Notes under the pieces: model-generated
Seen by the model: only the letters and a program-made list of their open reading frames with translations
Databases searched by the model: none
Told to the model about the DNA's origin: nothing
DNA from: Phenylobacterium sp.
Lineage (GTDB): Bacteria; Pseudomonadota; Alphaproteobacteria; Caulobacterales; Caulobacteraceae
Length of the DNA stretch: 64,000 bases
Assembly: GCF_025934275.1 (NCBI RefSeq)
Contig: NZ_JAICYI010000008.1
Span: 5,169-69,168 of the forward strand
Reading direction: 5' to 3'
Program-made: the position numbers and the translations under genes
In this document: piece after piece, positions 45,105 through 56,005 of the stretch
Position numbering within the stretch: position 1 is the stretch's first letter
Layout: the number at the start of each line of letters is the position of its first letter

Positions 45105-46418
45105 CTACTCCGCCGCCACCTTGGCGCCGGGAAAGGATCCCTTGCGCGCGCGGTAGGTGTTGATCCGCGCCTCCACTTCCGGGCGGAAGTGGCGGAACAG
45201 ACCCTGGATCGGCCAGGCGGCGGCGTCGCCAAGGCCGCAGATCGTGTGCCCCTCGACCTGGGAAGCCACGTCCAGCAGCAGGTCGATCTCGCTCATCTCG
45301 GCCTCGCCGGTGACCATCCGCTCCATCACCCGCCACATCCAGCCGGTGCCTTCGCGGCAGGGCGTGCACTGGCCGCAGCTCTCGTGCTTGTAGAAGTAGG
45401 CGGCCCGGGCGATCGCCTTCACCAGGTCGGCGTCCTTGTCCATGACGATCATTGTGCCCGTGCCCAGGCCCGACTTGCGCGCCGCCAGGTCCTCGAAGGT
45501 CATGATCGCTTCCTCGGCTTCGGCGGCCGGGATCATCGGCATGGAGATGCCGCCGGGAACGACGGCCTTCAGGTTGCCCCAGCCGCCGCGGACGCCGCCG
45601 AAATAGTCCTCGATCAGCTGGCGCATGGGGATGCCGATGGCGTCCTCGACCACGCAGGGCCGGTTCACGTGGCCGGAGGCCGCGAACAGCTTCGTGCCGG
45701 TCGACTTCTCGGTGCCGAAGCCCGCGAACCAGTCGGCCCCGCGCCGCAGGATCGTGCCCACCACGGCGATGGATTCGACGTTGTTCACCGTCGTCGGGCA
45801 GCCGTAGATGCCGGCCCCGGCCGGGAACGGCGGCTTCAGGCGCGGCTGTCCCTTCTTGCCCTCGAAGCTCTCCATGAGCGCGGTTTCGTCGCCGCAGATG
45901 TAGGCGCCGCCGCCATGCGTCACCCGCACGTCGCAGTCCCAGCCGTTGACGTTGCCGGGGCCGATCAGCTTCGCCTCATAAGCCTGCTTGATCGCGGCCT
46001 CGAGCCGCTCGCGCTCGAAGACGTACTCGCCGCGGATGTAGATGTAGGCGGTGTGTGCGCGGATCCCGCGGCAGGCGACCAGGCACCCTTCGATCAGGAG
46101 ATGGGGGTCGTTCCTGAGGATCTCCCGGTCCTTGCAGGCGCCGGGCTCGCTCTCGTCGGCGTTGACCAGCAGGTAGTGCGGCCGCTCACTCTCCTGCTTG
46201 GGCATGAAAGTCCACTTGAGCCCGGTGCCGAATCCGCCGCCGCCGCGGCCGCGCAGGCCCGAGGCCTTGATCTGGTCGCAGATCCACTCCGGGGTCTGGT
46301 CGATGATCTCCTTGGTTCCGTTCCAGCAGCCGCGCTGCTTGGCGCCCTCCAGGCCCCAGTCGTGGAGGCCGTAGAGGTTGGTGAAGATGCGGTCCTTGTC
46401 CGCCAGCAGACCCGCCAC
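45105..46418 (-). CDS. nuoF: NADH-quinone oxidoreductase subunit F
   Basis: [48 protein letters not shown]. Start re-called to GTG 46418. Confidence 0.96.
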   Translation of the reverse strand: MAGLLADKDRIFTNLYGLHDWGLEGAKQRGCWNGTKEIIDQTPEWICDQIKASGLRGRGGGGFGTGLKWTFMPKQESERPHYLLVNADESEPGACKDREILRNDPHLLIEGCLVACRGIRAHTAYIYIRGEYVFERERLEAAIKQAYEAKLIGPGNVNGWDCDVRVTHGGGAYICGDETALMESFEGKKGQPRLKPPFPAGAGIYGCPTTVNNVESIAVVGTILRRGADWFAGFGTEKSTGTKLFAASGHVNRPCVVEDAIGIPMRQLIEDYFGGVRGGWGNLKAVVPGGISMPMIPAAEAEEAIMTFEDLAARKSGLGTGTMIVMDKDADLVKAIARAAYFYKHESCGQCTPCREGTGWMWRVMERMVTGEAEMSEIDLLLDVASQVEGHTICGLGDAAAWPIQGLFRHFRPEVEARINTYRARKGSFPGAKVAAE

Positions 46419-46420
46419 GC

Positions 46421-46633
46421 CTACGCTCCCTCGCCCGGGCGCCTGAGGCCCGCGATGAACCAGATCTGCGCCCCGAAACCGCTCGCCAGCGACACGGCGA
46501 AGGCGATCAGCGCCGGCTGCCGGTGCGTTACGACATAGACCGCGATCGCGGCCAGCGCCGCCAGCAAGCACGCGCCGTCGATCACGCCCATCACGATCAG
46601 CCGCTTCTTGGCGGCGCGCAGGTCGATGCTCAC
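46421..46633 (-). CDS. Small two-TM membrane protein (70 aa) between nuoE and nuoF
   Basis: GTG overlaps the nuoE stop (GTGA); [70 protein letters not shown]; stop 2 nt before nuoF. Confidence 0.72.
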   Translation of the reverse strand: MSIDLRAAKKRLIVMGVIDGACLLAALAAIAVYVVTHRQPALIAFAVSLASGFGAQIWFIAGLRRPGEGA

Positions 46634-47292
46634 GCCCGCTCCTTCGCCGGAAGGTTCGGGATGGTGATCGGCTTGGCGCGTGAGCCGTCGTAGAGCGCGG
46701 GATCGGTCAGAGTCGTCGGGCCGCCCTCCGGCGCCGAACCCTGCCGGCCGATCGCCGAGCCGGGCTTCGGGCGCCGCTCGGCCGCGAACTCGTCGATCAG
46801 CGCCTCGAGCGCCTCGGGCGTGAGGTCCTCGTAATACAGGTCGTTGATCGCCACCATCGGGGCGTTGGCGCAGGCGCCCATGCACTCGACTTCCTGCCAA
46901 TAGAGCTTGCCGTCGGCCGAGCGGTGATCGCGCGGCCCGATGCGGCGCTTGCAGACGTCCATCAGGGCTTCCGAGCCGCGCAGCTGGCAGGGCGTCGTGC
47001 CGCACACCTGGATGAGCGCATGCGTGCCCACCGGCTCCAGCATGAACATGGTGTAGAAGGTCGCCACCTCGAAGACCCGGATCACCGGCATGTCGAGCAG
47101 TTCGGCGACGGCGCGGATCGCGGGTTCGGAGACCCAGCCCTCCTGCATCTGCACCAGCCACAGCACCGGGATCACCGCCGAGGCCTGCCGACCCGCAGGG
47201 AACTTGCCGATCCAGGCCCTGGCGGCCTTCAGGGTATCCGCCCGGAAGGCGAAGCTTTCGGGCTGCTCGACGGCCAGGCGGCGGACGCTCAA
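46630..47292 (-). CDS. nuoE: NADH-quinone oxidoreductase subunit E
   Basis: [29 protein letters not shown]. Start re-called to TTG 47292. Confidence 0.95.
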   Translation of the reverse strand: MSVRRLAVEQPESFAFRADTLKAARAWIGKFPAGRQASAVIPVLWLVQMQEGWVSEPAIRAVAELLDMPVIRVFEVATFYTMFMLEPVGTHALIQVCGTTPCQLRGSEALMDVCKRRIGPRDHRSADGKLYWQEVECMGACANAPMVAINDLYYEDLTPEALEALIDEFAAERRPKPGSAIGRQGSAPEGGPTTLTDPALYDGSRAKPITIPNLPAKERA

Positions 47293-48515
47293 CGGTCGAT
47301 CTCCCCGAACACGATGTCGAGCGAGCCCAGCACGGCCGAGACGTCGGCCAGCATGTGGCCGCGGGTCATCCAGTCCATCGCCTGCAGGAAGGCGTAGCTC
47401 GGCGCGCGGATCTTGCAGCGGTAAGGCTTGTTCGTCCCGTCCGAGACCAGGTAGACGCCGAACTCGCCCTTCGGCGCCTCGACGCAGGCGTAGACCTCGC
47501 CGGGCGGCGGCCGGTAGCCTTCGGTGTAGATCTTGAAGTGGTGGATGAGCGCCTCCATCGAGCGCTTCATCTCGCCGCGCCGCGGCGGGGCGATCTTGTG
47601 ATCGTCGGAGAGCACTAGGCCGGGCGTCTTCTTCAGCCGCTCGCAGCACTGCTGCATGATCTTGGTCGACTGCCGCATCTCCTCCATCCGGCAGAGGTAG
47701 CGGTCGTAGCAGTCGCCGTGCACGCCCACCGGGATCTCGAACTCCATCTCGTTGTAGGCGGCGTAGGGCTGGGTGCGGCGCAGGTCCCACTCGATGCCCG
47801 AGCCGCGCACCATCACCCCGGAGAAGCCCCAGGCCAGCGCCTCGTCCTTGGTCACCTTGCCGATGTCGACGTTGCGCTGCTTGAAGATGCGGTTCTCGGT
47901 GATCAGGCCCTCGATGTCATCGAGCACCTTCGGGAAGTGGCCGCACCAGTCGACGATGTCCTGCACGAGCTCCGGCGGCAGGTCCTGACGCACGCCGCCC
48001 ACGCGATAGTAGTTGGCGTGCATGCGCGCGCCGGAGGCCCGCTCGTAGAACACCATCAGCTTCTCGCGCTCTTCGAAGCCCCACAGCGGCGGGGTGAGCG
48101 CGCCCACGTCCATGGCCTGGGTGGTGACGTTCAGCAGGTGATTCAGTATCCGGCCGATCTCATCGTAGAGGGTGCGGATCAACACGCCGCGGATCGGGAC
48201 CTCGACGCCGATCAGCCGCTCGATGGCGAGCACATAGGCGTGCTCCTGGTTCATTGGCGCCACGTAGTCCAGGCGGTCGAAGTAAGGGATGGTCTGCTGG
48301 TACGGCCTGGCCTCCATCAGCTTCTCGGTGCCGCGGTGCAGCAGGCCGATGTGCGGATCGACGCGGTCGACCACCTCCCCGTCGAGCTCCAGCACCAGGC
48401 GCAGCACGCCGTGCGCCGCCGGGTGTTGCGGACCGAAGTTGATGTTGAACTTACGGACCGGGGTTTCCGGGAGGTCCGCGTTCATCGGCAGCGCGGGCGC
48501 GTTCTCGCCGGTCAT
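47289..48515 (-). CDS. nuoD: NADH-quinone oxidoreductase subunit D
   Basis: [43 protein letters not shown]. Start re-called to ATG 48515. Confidence 0.97.
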   Translation of the reverse strand: MTGENAPALPMNADLPETPVRKFNINFGPQHPAAHGVLRLVLELDGEVVDRVDPHIGLLHRGTEKLMEARPYQQTIPYFDRLDYVAPMNQEHAYVLAIERLIGVEVPIRGVLIRTLYDEIGRILNHLLNVTTQAMDVGALTPPLWGFEEREKLMVFYERASGARMHANYYRVGGVRQDLPPELVQDIVDWCGHFPKVLDDIEGLITENRIFKQRNVDIGKVTKDEALAWGFSGVMVRGSGIEWDLRRTQPYAAYNEMEFEIPVGVHGDCYDRYLCRMEEMRQSTKIMQQCCERLKKTPGLVLSDDHKIAPPRRGEMKRSMEALIHHFKIYTEGYRPPPGEVYACVEAPKGEFGVYLVSDGTNKPYRCKIRAPSYAFLQAMDWMTRGHMLADVSAVLGSLDIVFGEIDR

Positions 48516-49153
48516 CGCTTGGCCCCGCGCTTGTCTTCCAGGGCCGCCCTCTCGTCTCCGGGGATCGGCGCGAAGCCCTTCTCCACGCCCTCCCAGGGCG
48601 AGAGGAAGTCCCAGTTGCGCCATTCCACCGACTTCACTGGCTCATAGACCACGCGCTTCAGCTCGTCGTCGTAGCGGACCTCCACGAAGCCGGTCATCGG
48701 GAAGTCCTTGCGGAGCGGATGGCCGTGGAAGCCGTAGTCGGTCAGGATCCGCCGAAGGTCGGGATGGCCCTCAAAGAAGATGCCGTACATGTCGAAGGCT
48801 TCGCGCTCGTACCAGTCGGCGCAGGGGTAGACCGCGGTGACGGAGGGCACGGCCGAGTCCTCGTCGGTCTCCACCTTCACCCGGCAGCGCAGGTTCTGGG
48901 TCATCGAGAGAAGGTGGTAGACCACGTCGAAGCGCCGCTCGCGCTCGGGATAGTCCGCCCCGCAGACGTCGATCAGCTGCTGGAAGCCGTGGGCGTCGCG
49001 CAGGTAGCTCATCGCCTCGGCGATGCGCGGCGGCTGCGCGGTCAGATTGAGCTCGCCGTACGCCACCTCGAAGCTGGTCAGCGCGCCGGCGCTGTTGGCG
49101 ACGAGCCGCTTCCCGAGCCTTTCCAGCTCGGCGGACTTATGTGGCCAGGTCAT
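48512..49153 (-). CDS. nuoC: NADH-quinone oxidoreductase subunit C
   Basis: [29 protein letters not shown]. Start re-called to ATG 49153. Confidence 0.96.
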   Translation of the reverse strand: MTWPHKSAELERLGKRLVANSAGALTSFEVAYGELNLTAQPPRIAEAMSYLRDAHGFQQLIDVCGADYPERERRFDVVYHLLSMTQNLRCRVKVETDEDSAVPSVTAVYPCADWYEREAFDMYGIFFEGHPDLRRILTDYGFHGHPLRKDFPMTGFVEVRYDDELKRVVYEPVKSVEWRNWDFLSPWEGVEKGFAPIPGDERAALEDKRGAKR

Positions 49154-49740
49154 CGGACGATGGTTCCCGTCCGCCGGATCTTCTTCTGCAGCTGCAGCAC
49201 GCCGTAGACCAGGGCCTCGGCGGTGGGCGGGCAGCCGGGCACGTAGACGTCGACCGGCACGATCCGGTCGCAGCCGCGCACCACGGAGTAGCTGAAGTAG
49301 TAGTAGCCGCCGCCGTTGGCGCAGGAGCCCATCGAGATCACGTAGCGCGGCTCGGGCATCTGGTCGTAAACCTTGCGAAGCGCCGGAGCCATCTTGTTGC
49401 AGAGCGTGCCCGCTACGATCATCACGTCCGACTGCCGCGGGCTGGCGCGCGGCGCGAAGCCGTAGCGCTCGAGGTCGTACCGGGGCATCGAGGCCTGCAT
49501 CATCTCGACCGCGCAGCAGGCCAGCCCGAACGTCATCCACATCAGCGAGCCCGTGCGCGCCCAGGTGATCAGGTCGTCCAGCCCGGCGGTGATGACGCCC
49601 TTGTCGGCCAGTTGCTGCGAGACGCCGTCGAAGAACGGATCGTGGCGTTTGGGATCGTAGCCTTCGACCGAACTGCGTCCGGCCTCCCCGGCAGGCGCCA
49701 TGGAAGACCGCGCTTCGCCTGGTGGGACGATCACTCCCAT
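49150..49740 (-). CDS. nuoB: NADH-quinone oxidoreductase subunit B
   Basis: [27 protein letters not shown]. Start re-called to ATG 49740. Confidence 0.97.
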   Translation of the reverse strand: MGVIVPPGEARSSMAPAGEAGRSSVEGYDPKRHDPFFDGVSQQLADKGVITAGLDDLITWARTGSLMWMTFGLACCAVEMMQASMPRYDLERYGFAPRASPRQSDVMIVAGTLCNKMAPALRKVYDQMPEPRYVISMGSCANGGGYYYFSYSVVRGCDRIVPVDVYVPGCPPTAEALVYGVLQLQKKIRRTGTIVR

Positions 49741-50108
49741 TCCAGGGCTCCCTTCTTCCACTCGTAGATGAAGCCCACGGTGAGCACGCCCAGGAACGAC
49801 ATCATCGACCAGAAGGCGAACTGGCTGGCCGCCGCCGGCAACTTCATCAACGCCACCGCCCAGGGGAACAGGAAGGCCACCTCCAGATCGAAGATGATGA
49901 ACAGAATGGAGACCAGGTAGAAGCGGACGTCGAACTTCATCCGCGCATCGTCGAAGGCGTTGAAGCCGCACTCGTAGGACGACAGCTTCTCCGGGTCCGG
50001 CGCCTTCGGCGCCAGCACCCAGGCGGCCAGGATGAAGGCGAGGCCCAGGGCCCCCGCGATCCCCAGGAAGATCACGATGGGCAGGTACTGAAGGAGGAAC
50101 GCGGTCAT
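49731..50108 (-). CDS. nuoA: NADH-quinone oxidoreductase subunit A
   Basis: [35 protein letters not shown]. Confidence 0.97.
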   Translation of the reverse strand: MTAFLLQYLPIVIFLGIAGALGLAFILAAWVLAPKAPDPEKLSSYECGFNAFDDARMKFDVRFYLVSILFIIFDLEVAFLFPWAVALMKLPAAASQFAFWSMMSFLGVLTVGFIYEWKKGALEWE

Positions 50109-50132
50109 GGAATCCTCGGGGAGTCGGGCGCC

Positions 50133-50161
50133 CTTCTAGACCAGCCATTCTCGCGATTCAA
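50133..50161 (-). promoter_or_regulatory. Putative sigma70 promoter of the nuo operon
   Basis: Minus strand TTGAAT-N17-TAGAAG about 25 nt upstream of nuoA. Confidence 0.5.
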
Positions 50162-50247
50162 ACGGGGCTTGGCGTACCGATGAAACCTCACGGACCAGCT
50201 CCGAAATCTCACGGAAGATGCCGGGCGGAGCCCCGACCACTCTTCCG

Positions 50248-50276
50248 TTGACACGATTCCGGCCGGGACCTATCAG
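50248..50276 (+). promoter_or_regulatory. Putative sigma70 promoter of tRNA-Asp
   Basis: TTGACA-N17-TATCAG, 35 nt upstream of the tRNA. Confidence 0.65.
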
Positions 50277-50311
50277 ACGCGACTTCGCGACGGGCCGGCC
50301 CGGCCCCTTGT

Positions 50312-50366
<55 letters not shown>

Positions 50367-50388
<22 letters not shown>

Positions 50389-51851
50389 CTTCCTCCATTC
50401 GGCGACGGGCCAAGCGGGCCGAGCGCCGCGATCAGCGGCCGGAGCTGGTCGGCAAGCGCCCGCCAGGCGCCGACCGAGGCCGTCGACATCGGCCTGCGCA
50501 CCTGAACCGAGCTCGCCGTCCTGACCGCCCCCCCGCGCTCATGGAAGCGCAGCACGGCGGGATCCCACGGCAGGCCGAGCCGCGCCAGCAGGACGCGGAT
50601 CTCCGGCTCCGGATCGGCGACCAGGGCTTCGTAGGGCGTCTCGATCACCCGCCCGGGCAGCACCTCGCGCCAGTGGTCCATCAGGGCGCGGTAGCGGCGG
50701 TATTCGGCGCCGATGTCGGCCAGGTCGTAGAGCGTCTCGTTGCCGCTCGCGAACAGCTGCCGGAAGGCGGATAGGCCGGCGTCCATCGGATCGCGCACGC
50801 TCTCGACGATCCTGGCGCGCGGGAACATCAGGTGGATCATGCCGACGTGCAGGTAGTTCTCCAGCGTCTTGTCGACGAACCGCCGCCGGCCATCCCAGCC
50901 GCGGGCGCGCATGGCCGCCAGGTAGCGGTGGCCGAGGTCCTTCAGCTGCGCGGCGGGAAGGCGCGGAGCGGCCGGGTAGGCCTGCGCCAGGAGCTCGGGC
51001 AGCACGCCCGTCTCCCCCAGGCCCTGGACCTGCGGATGGATCGCCAGCACCTGCTCGATGAGGGTCGAGCCCGAGCGCGGGAAGCCCACGATGAAGATCG
51101 GCTGAGCCGTGCGGTCGCCCCTGCCCTCGTGCGCGGCGAGGAAGTCCGCCGTCATCCGCGCCTGCATCCGCTCGGCGGCCTGGGCGTTGGCGCGCGCTGC
51201 GCCCGGGGCATTGATCAGGCCGCGCTTCAGCCGGTTGCCCTCGGCGAAGGCTTCGAACGCCTGGGCGGGCTGGCCGCGGCGGTCCAGCACCTCGCCGATC
51301 GCGAAGCAGAGTCCGGCCCGCGTTTCGGCGTCCACGCTCGCCTGGGTCGCGGCGCCGTGCATCTCTCCGAGCTCCGCCTCCGCTATGGCCGAGGGATCGA
51401 GGAGTGCGATGCGGGTCAGCGCGGCCCAGCGGCGATCCGGCTCGCAGGCCAGCTCGCGGTGCTGGCCCACCGCCTCGTCGACGCGGCCCAGGATGGCGAG
51501 CGCGATCGCCAGCGCTTCGCGGGTGGCGGCCGCGTCGGGCCGCGCGGCGATCGCTGCGGCATAGGCGCGGGCGGCGGCCTCCCAGTCGCCGAGCTGCTGG
51601 GCGACCGCGCCCAGGTTGTGCTGCGCCATGGCGTGCTGCGGTTCGCGGCGGACCACCGTCTCCAGCCGTGTCCGCGCCCGCGCAAGCCGGCCCTCGCGGA
51701 TGTCGATGATCGCCAGCGAATAGCCGGCGCGCAAGTCGTCGGGCGCGAGCCGCTCAGCCTCGCGATAGGCGCGCGCGGCGCCCGTGAGGTCGCCCGCCGC
51801 GAAGCGCCGCGCACCGTCGTCGAGCTTGCGCGACAAGCCGGCCGAATCCAT
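50367..51851 (-). CDS. TPR-containing sulfotransferase family protein
   Basis: N-terminal TPR-like repeats; 5'-PSB loop IFIVGFPRSGSTLIEQVL; 3'-PB RDPMDAGLS; VRTASSVQVRRP. Confidence 0.88.
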
Positions 51852-51892
51852 CGCGCGATCCTAGGCGTGGGCCGGCCGGCGGGCCAGGGAGC

Positions 51893-51920
51893 GGGACGCG
51901 CCGATCGCTCGGCGCGTCCC
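51893..51920. terminator. Perfect 12-bp stem hairpin after the TonB-dependent receptor gene
   Basis: GGGACGCGCCGA-TCGC-TCGGCGCGTCCC; no clear U-tract. Confidence 0.5.
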
Positions 51921-51927
51921 TGATGCG

Positions 51928-54723
51928 TCAGTGGAAGCGGACGCGAAGCTCCACGCCATAGACCCGCGGGTTCACCAGGAAGTCGTTCAGGGTGACGATG
52001 CCCGAGCCGGCCACAGGCAGGTTGGTGACGGGATCGATCGACGGCGACCTGACGAGGCTGCCCGTCCGCGCGTCGCGGTTATCCTTGTCGAACACGTTGT
52101 CGACGTAGGCGATCAGGTTCCAGCTGTTGTCGGCGCTGGTCCACACCGCCCGCAGATTCACCTGGTTCAGCGCCGGGGCGAGCGCATAGGGCCGGTTGAA
52201 CAACGACCCGTAGGTCTTGTCCTTCCAGATGTAGCTGCCCGAGATCGCGAGCTTCCCGGGATCGAAGGTGAAGGTGTAGATCGCGTTGAGCGAGACCTTG
52301 TTGGGCGGCGCTTCGGGAAGCTGGTTGCCCTTCAGGTTCTGCGTCGCCGGTGACGTGACCGCGTGCGTGGTCGTGTTGATCACAGCGGCCGAGCAGCCGG
52401 AGATGTTGGCGCCGGGTTGCTGGGCGAGCGGATCGACGGTGTCCTCGAAGCAGGCGCCCGGGTCGTTCACCTTGGCGCTGAGATAGGCGTACTGCGCGCT
52501 GATCGCCAGCTCGTCGATCGGCCGCCAAACGCCTTCCAGTTCGACGCCATAGATGTGCACGGACTTCAGGTTGAACAGCTGGGTGGCGATCAGGCCCTGC
52601 GCGTTCTGGACCGCCAGCGGGATCTGGTCGTTCTTGTAATTGTACCAGAACGCCGCCGCGTTCAGCTGGATGGTGCGCGCGAAGGTCTTCTTCAGGCCGA
52701 CCTCGAAGGCGTCCACCGTTTCCTTCTGGGTTTCCGGATTGTCCTGCAAGGTGAACGTCGAGAAGCCGCCCGCCTTGTAGCCCCGGCTGTACTTCCCGTA
52801 GACCAGGGTGTCGGGATCCGGCGTCCAGTCGAGGCCGACGTCGCCGGTCAAGGCGGTCCAGGAGGCGTCGAGGGCGCGCGTGGCGTTGCCTGTGAGCGGA
52901 TCGATGTGGGCGATGCTGGCGCCGGGGAATCCCTGCGTGAGGCTGTTGCCGACGGCCAGCGGCGTGACGTCCACCGCCGGGGTCAGGGCGCCCAGGTTGG
53001 ACGGCCGCAGGCCGGCCAGCACTGCGAACTCCTCGAACCGCCAGAACTGTTCGCCGAACTTGTGGTCGTGCGTGTAGCGCAGGCTTGCGTGGGCCTTGAA
53101 GGCGTCGGTGATCTTGTAGTCCACGTGACCGAACAGCGCCCAGGAGTCGTAGTCCAGCTTGGTGTCTGAGGTGGAGACGGCGCTCGCCGGGTTCACCGGG
53201 GATGGCCCCAGGGTCAGGCTCACCGGATGCGCAAGCTGTGTTTGCGCCGGCATCACGCCCGCCCAGACCGGCTGGTCGTAGTGCTCGTGATAATAGTAGG
53301 CGCCGAGGATGTACTGCAGCGGGCTGTCGGTCGTCGAGACGAGGTTGATCTCGTGGCTGAAGAAGTGGTCCCGCTCCTGGAAGAAGGTGGTGTTGGGGAT
53401 CGGGAAGACGGTCAGCGGCTGGGTGCATCCCGCGGCATTGGCGCCGATGTTTCCAGCGAGGAAGAGGCAGGTTCCTGACGGCGTTGTCGGACCGGCCAGC
53501 TGGAACGAGTTGATGCCGCTGTCGGTGTAGGTCGGGATGAAGTTCAGGACGTAGTTGAACTTCTGGTAGCCGCCGTAATAGACGAGATCGGCCGGCCCGA
53601 AGTGATAGGTCAGGTTGGTCGCGAACTGGAAGTTCGCCCGCTCCTTGTTGGTGGCGTCGTAGTTCTCGATGAATTCGTGCGGATCGACGTTCGCCGGGTT
53701 GTTGCCCGGGAAGGCGTTGGCGAAGGTCGGGCCGCCGACGACCGAGCCCGGCACCACTGTCTGGCCGCCCGCAAAGGCTCCGGTGCAGCCGTTGGCTCCG
53801 CCGGGACTGTTGGCTACGCCGGGCAGGCCGCACAGCCCGAAGAAGGTGTTCGGCGAGAAAGAGCCGTTCTCCTGGTAGTCGTTGGGGAAGTTCCCGAAGC
53901 GCGCCGACTGGTGATAGTCGGCCGACATCGTGCCGCTCGACATCTTGAACCAGGCGTCGAGCTTGCCGATGTTCGCATCGATCTGGCCTTCGATGTACTG
54001 GCTCTGGCCGGCCGTCTGCTGCGGCAGGCTCCCGCCGGCGTCCTTGCCCGAGCCGAGATTGTTGAAGAAGCCGCCGGTCTCGGAGGTGATGTTGCCGCCC
54101 AGGCGGAAGCGCAGCCAGTCGGTGATCGGGCCGGAGACCACAGCCTCGCCCCAGCGGCGCTCGTTGTTGGCGATGCCGACGCGGCCCTCCGCGTAGAAGT
54201 CCTTCGTCGGCCGCTTGGTGGTGTAGTTGATCGTGCCGCCGTCGGCGTTCGCGCCATGCAGCGAGTTCTGCGGGCCGCGGTCGACTTCGATCGTGTCGAT
54301 GAACAGGTCGGAGTGCTGCAGGAGGATGGTGGCGTTCGCGCCGTAGTAGACGCCGTCGTAGTAGGTGGCCACGGCCGAGGCGACGGCCAGGTTGTCGGTG
54401 TTGCGCCCGATTCCGCGCATGTACGGCCGGTCTGACGCCGACTGGTAGTGAAAGCCAGGGGTGAAGTTGGTCAGGTCCTGCACCGACTGGATGCCCACCA
54501 GTGTCCGCTGTTCGGCGCTGAAGGCGGAGATCGCAACCGGCACGGTCTCGAGCCGCTGTTCGCGCTTCTCGGCCACCACGATGAGGTCCGAAAGCTGCGT
54601 CGACGCCGCGGCGTTGGCCGGCGGCGGGGCCGGGGCGGCCGCCTGGGCGTGGGCCTCGAACGCGCTGAGACTCACGACGAGGGCAAGCGCCGACCCGCCA
54701 CACAAATAGCTGCGTTTTGCCAT
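51928..54723 (-). CDS. TonB-dependent receptor
   Basis: Signal peptide, TonB-box-like LSDLIVVAEKRE, plug (MRGIG, VATYYDGVY, IEVDRGPQNSLHG), barrel ending PRVYGVELRVRFH. Confidence 0.93.
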   Translation of the reverse strand: MAKRSYLCGGSALALVVSLSAFEAHAQAAAPAPPPANAAASTQLSDLIVVAEKREQRLETVPVAISAFSAEQRTLVGIQSVQDLTNFTPGFHYQSASDRPYMRGIGRNTDNLAVASAVATYYDGVYYGANATILLQHSDLFIDTIEVDRGPQNSLHGANADGGTINYTTKRPTKDFYAEGRVGIANNERRWGEAVVSGPITDWLRFRLGGNITSETGGFFNNLGSGKDAGGSLPQQTAGQSQYIEGQIDANIGKLDAWFKMSSGTMSADYHQSARFGNFPNDYQENGSFSPNTFFGLCGLPGVANSPGGANGCTGAFAGGQTVVPGSVVGGPTFANAFPGNNPANVDPHEFIENYDATNKERANFQFATNLTYHFGPADLVYYGGYQKFNYVLNFIPTYTDSGINSFQLAGPTTPSGTCLFLAGNIGANAAGCTQPLTVFPIPNTTFFQERDHFFSHEINLVSTTDSPLQYILGAYYYHEHYDQPVWAGVMPAQTQLAHPVSLTLGPSPVNPASAVSTSDTKLDYDSWALFGHVDYKITDAFKAHASLRYTHDHKFGEQFWRFEEFAVLAGLRPSNLGALTPAVDVTPLAVGNSLTQGFPGASIAHIDPLTGNATRALDASWTALTGDVGLDWTPDPDTLVYGKYSRGYKAGGFSTFTLQDNPETQKETVDAFEVGLKKTFARTIQLNAAAFWYNYKNDQIPLAVQNAQGLIATQLFNLKSVHIYGVELEGVWRPIDELAISAQYAYLSAKVNDPGACFEDTVDPLAQQPGANISGCSAAVINTTTHAVTSPATQNLKGNQLPEAPPNKVSLNAIYTFTFDPGKLAISGSYIWKDKTYGSLFNRPYALAPALNQVNLRAVWTSADNSWNLIAYVDNVFDKDNRDARTGSLVRSPSIDPVTNLPVAGSGIVTLNDFLVNPRVYGVELRVRFH

Positions 54724-54966
54724 GATATCCTGGTCCTCCCGTGGGGCTCCGGCCCGGCTCTCCGGCCGGGTCCGGAAACGATAGGCAGCTCTGCCTACAA
54801 CGAGCCTAGGCGGCGAAGGACAAGCTTGGCAAGGTAGCTATTGCGTTCGGGAAACACGCCGTCCTCCCGCTGTCGCTTTTTAGCCATATGCCCGAACCCG
54901 GGCCGCGCCTAGGGCTTGGGCGCCACACTCACGTGAGCGTGTCCGGACAGTCGCGGCCGCCCCGCC

Positions 54967-55986
54967 CTATTTCGCGAAGATCGCCTTGGGAATCATCACG
55001 TGGACGCCCTTGTTGCGGTCCACGAGCTCGGTGATGTCCACGTCGCCCGCGACGCTGACCAGCATGTAGGCGTCCTCGCGCGAGAGGTGCTTCTGCGCGA
55101 CCAGGAAATCCACCGCCTCGCGCACCGCCTTGTGCGCGGCGATGGAGAGGTCGTCGTCGAAGCCCATGGCGATGTAGTGAGTCGGCGTCTCGGCGCGGGG
55201 GTAGGCGGTCTTCAGGTCCTTGCGCACGATGAACTGCAGGGTCCCGACCAGCGAGGTCTCCAGCGCGGTGACGTCCGATTCGCCGTTGCCCTGCCCCGCG
55301 TGCCCGTCGCCCACCTCGAACAGCGCGCCCTTCACGAACACCGGCAGGAAAAGCGTCGTGCCGACTGTGAGCTCCTTGTTGTCCATGTTGCCGCCGATGA
55401 ACGTCGGCGGAGTCGAATCATAGCGGCCGACGGCGGGGGGCGGCGCCACGCCCATGCTGCCGAAAAACGGGCGCAAGGGGATCGTCACGCCCGGCGCGAA
55501 GTTCGCCACCATCCGCGTGCGGTCGAGCGGGATGATTCGGGTGCGCGCGTAAGGGAAGTCGTCGGAGAGGATCCCGGCCCCGTAGCGGAAGCCGTTGTAG
55601 GCGTAGGGGATGGCGAGATCGATCTTCAGGATGCGGACCTCGAGCGTGTCGCCGGGCTCGGCGCCCTCGATGAACACCGGCCCGGTCAGGATGTGGCCGC
55701 CGGGCCCGCGGTCGGTGACCTTGGCGAACACTTCGCGCAGCGCCGGCTCGACCTGGTCGGGCGGCAATCCGGCCCGCTCCAGCCCGGTCGGGCTGTTGGT
55801 CAGGAGCGTGTGGAACACCACCGTGTCGCCGGACCGGATGGTGAGCGCCGGGGCGTGCGCGGCGTCGTAGTTGCCCCAGGCGACGGTGGCGGGCGTCACA
55901 GGCAACTCGAAGGTGCGCGCCGGCTGCGCCTCCGCCGCCCCGGCCGCAAGCGCCAGAGCCGCGCCCGCGAGGATCCTGCCGATCAT
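54967..55986 (-). CDS. Acetamidase/formamidase family protein with signal peptide
   Basis: GGHILTGPVFIEGAEPGDTL, GGNMDNKEL, LFEVGDGHAGQGNGE..VTALET; N-terminus MIGRILAGAALALAAGAAEA. Confidence 0.9.
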   Translation of the reverse strand: MIGRILAGAALALAAGAAEAQPARTFELPVTPATVAWGNYDAAHAPALTIRSGDTVVFHTLLTNSPTGLERAGLPPDQVEPALREVFAKVTDRGPGGHILTGPVFIEGAEPGDTLEVRILKIDLAIPYAYNGFRYGAGILSDDFPYARTRIIPLDRTRMVANFAPGVTIPLRPFFGSMGVAPPPAVGRYDSTPPTFIGGNMDNKELTVGTTLFLPVFVKGALFEVGDGHAGQGNGESDVTALETSLVGTLQFIVRKDLKTAYPRAETPTHYIAMGFDDDLSIAAHKAVREAVDFLVAQKHLSREDAYMLVSVAGDVDITELVDRNKGVHVMIPKAIFAK

Positions 55987-56005
55987 CGCCCCCTCCTCCT
56001 CGCGC

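Noticed and set aside
54940-54949. TGTCCGGACA as a second site for the GAFTGA-less regulator
   Set aside because: Half-site spacing differs from the 18371 palindrome (no 4-nt spacer), and short GC-rich palindromes arise by chance.
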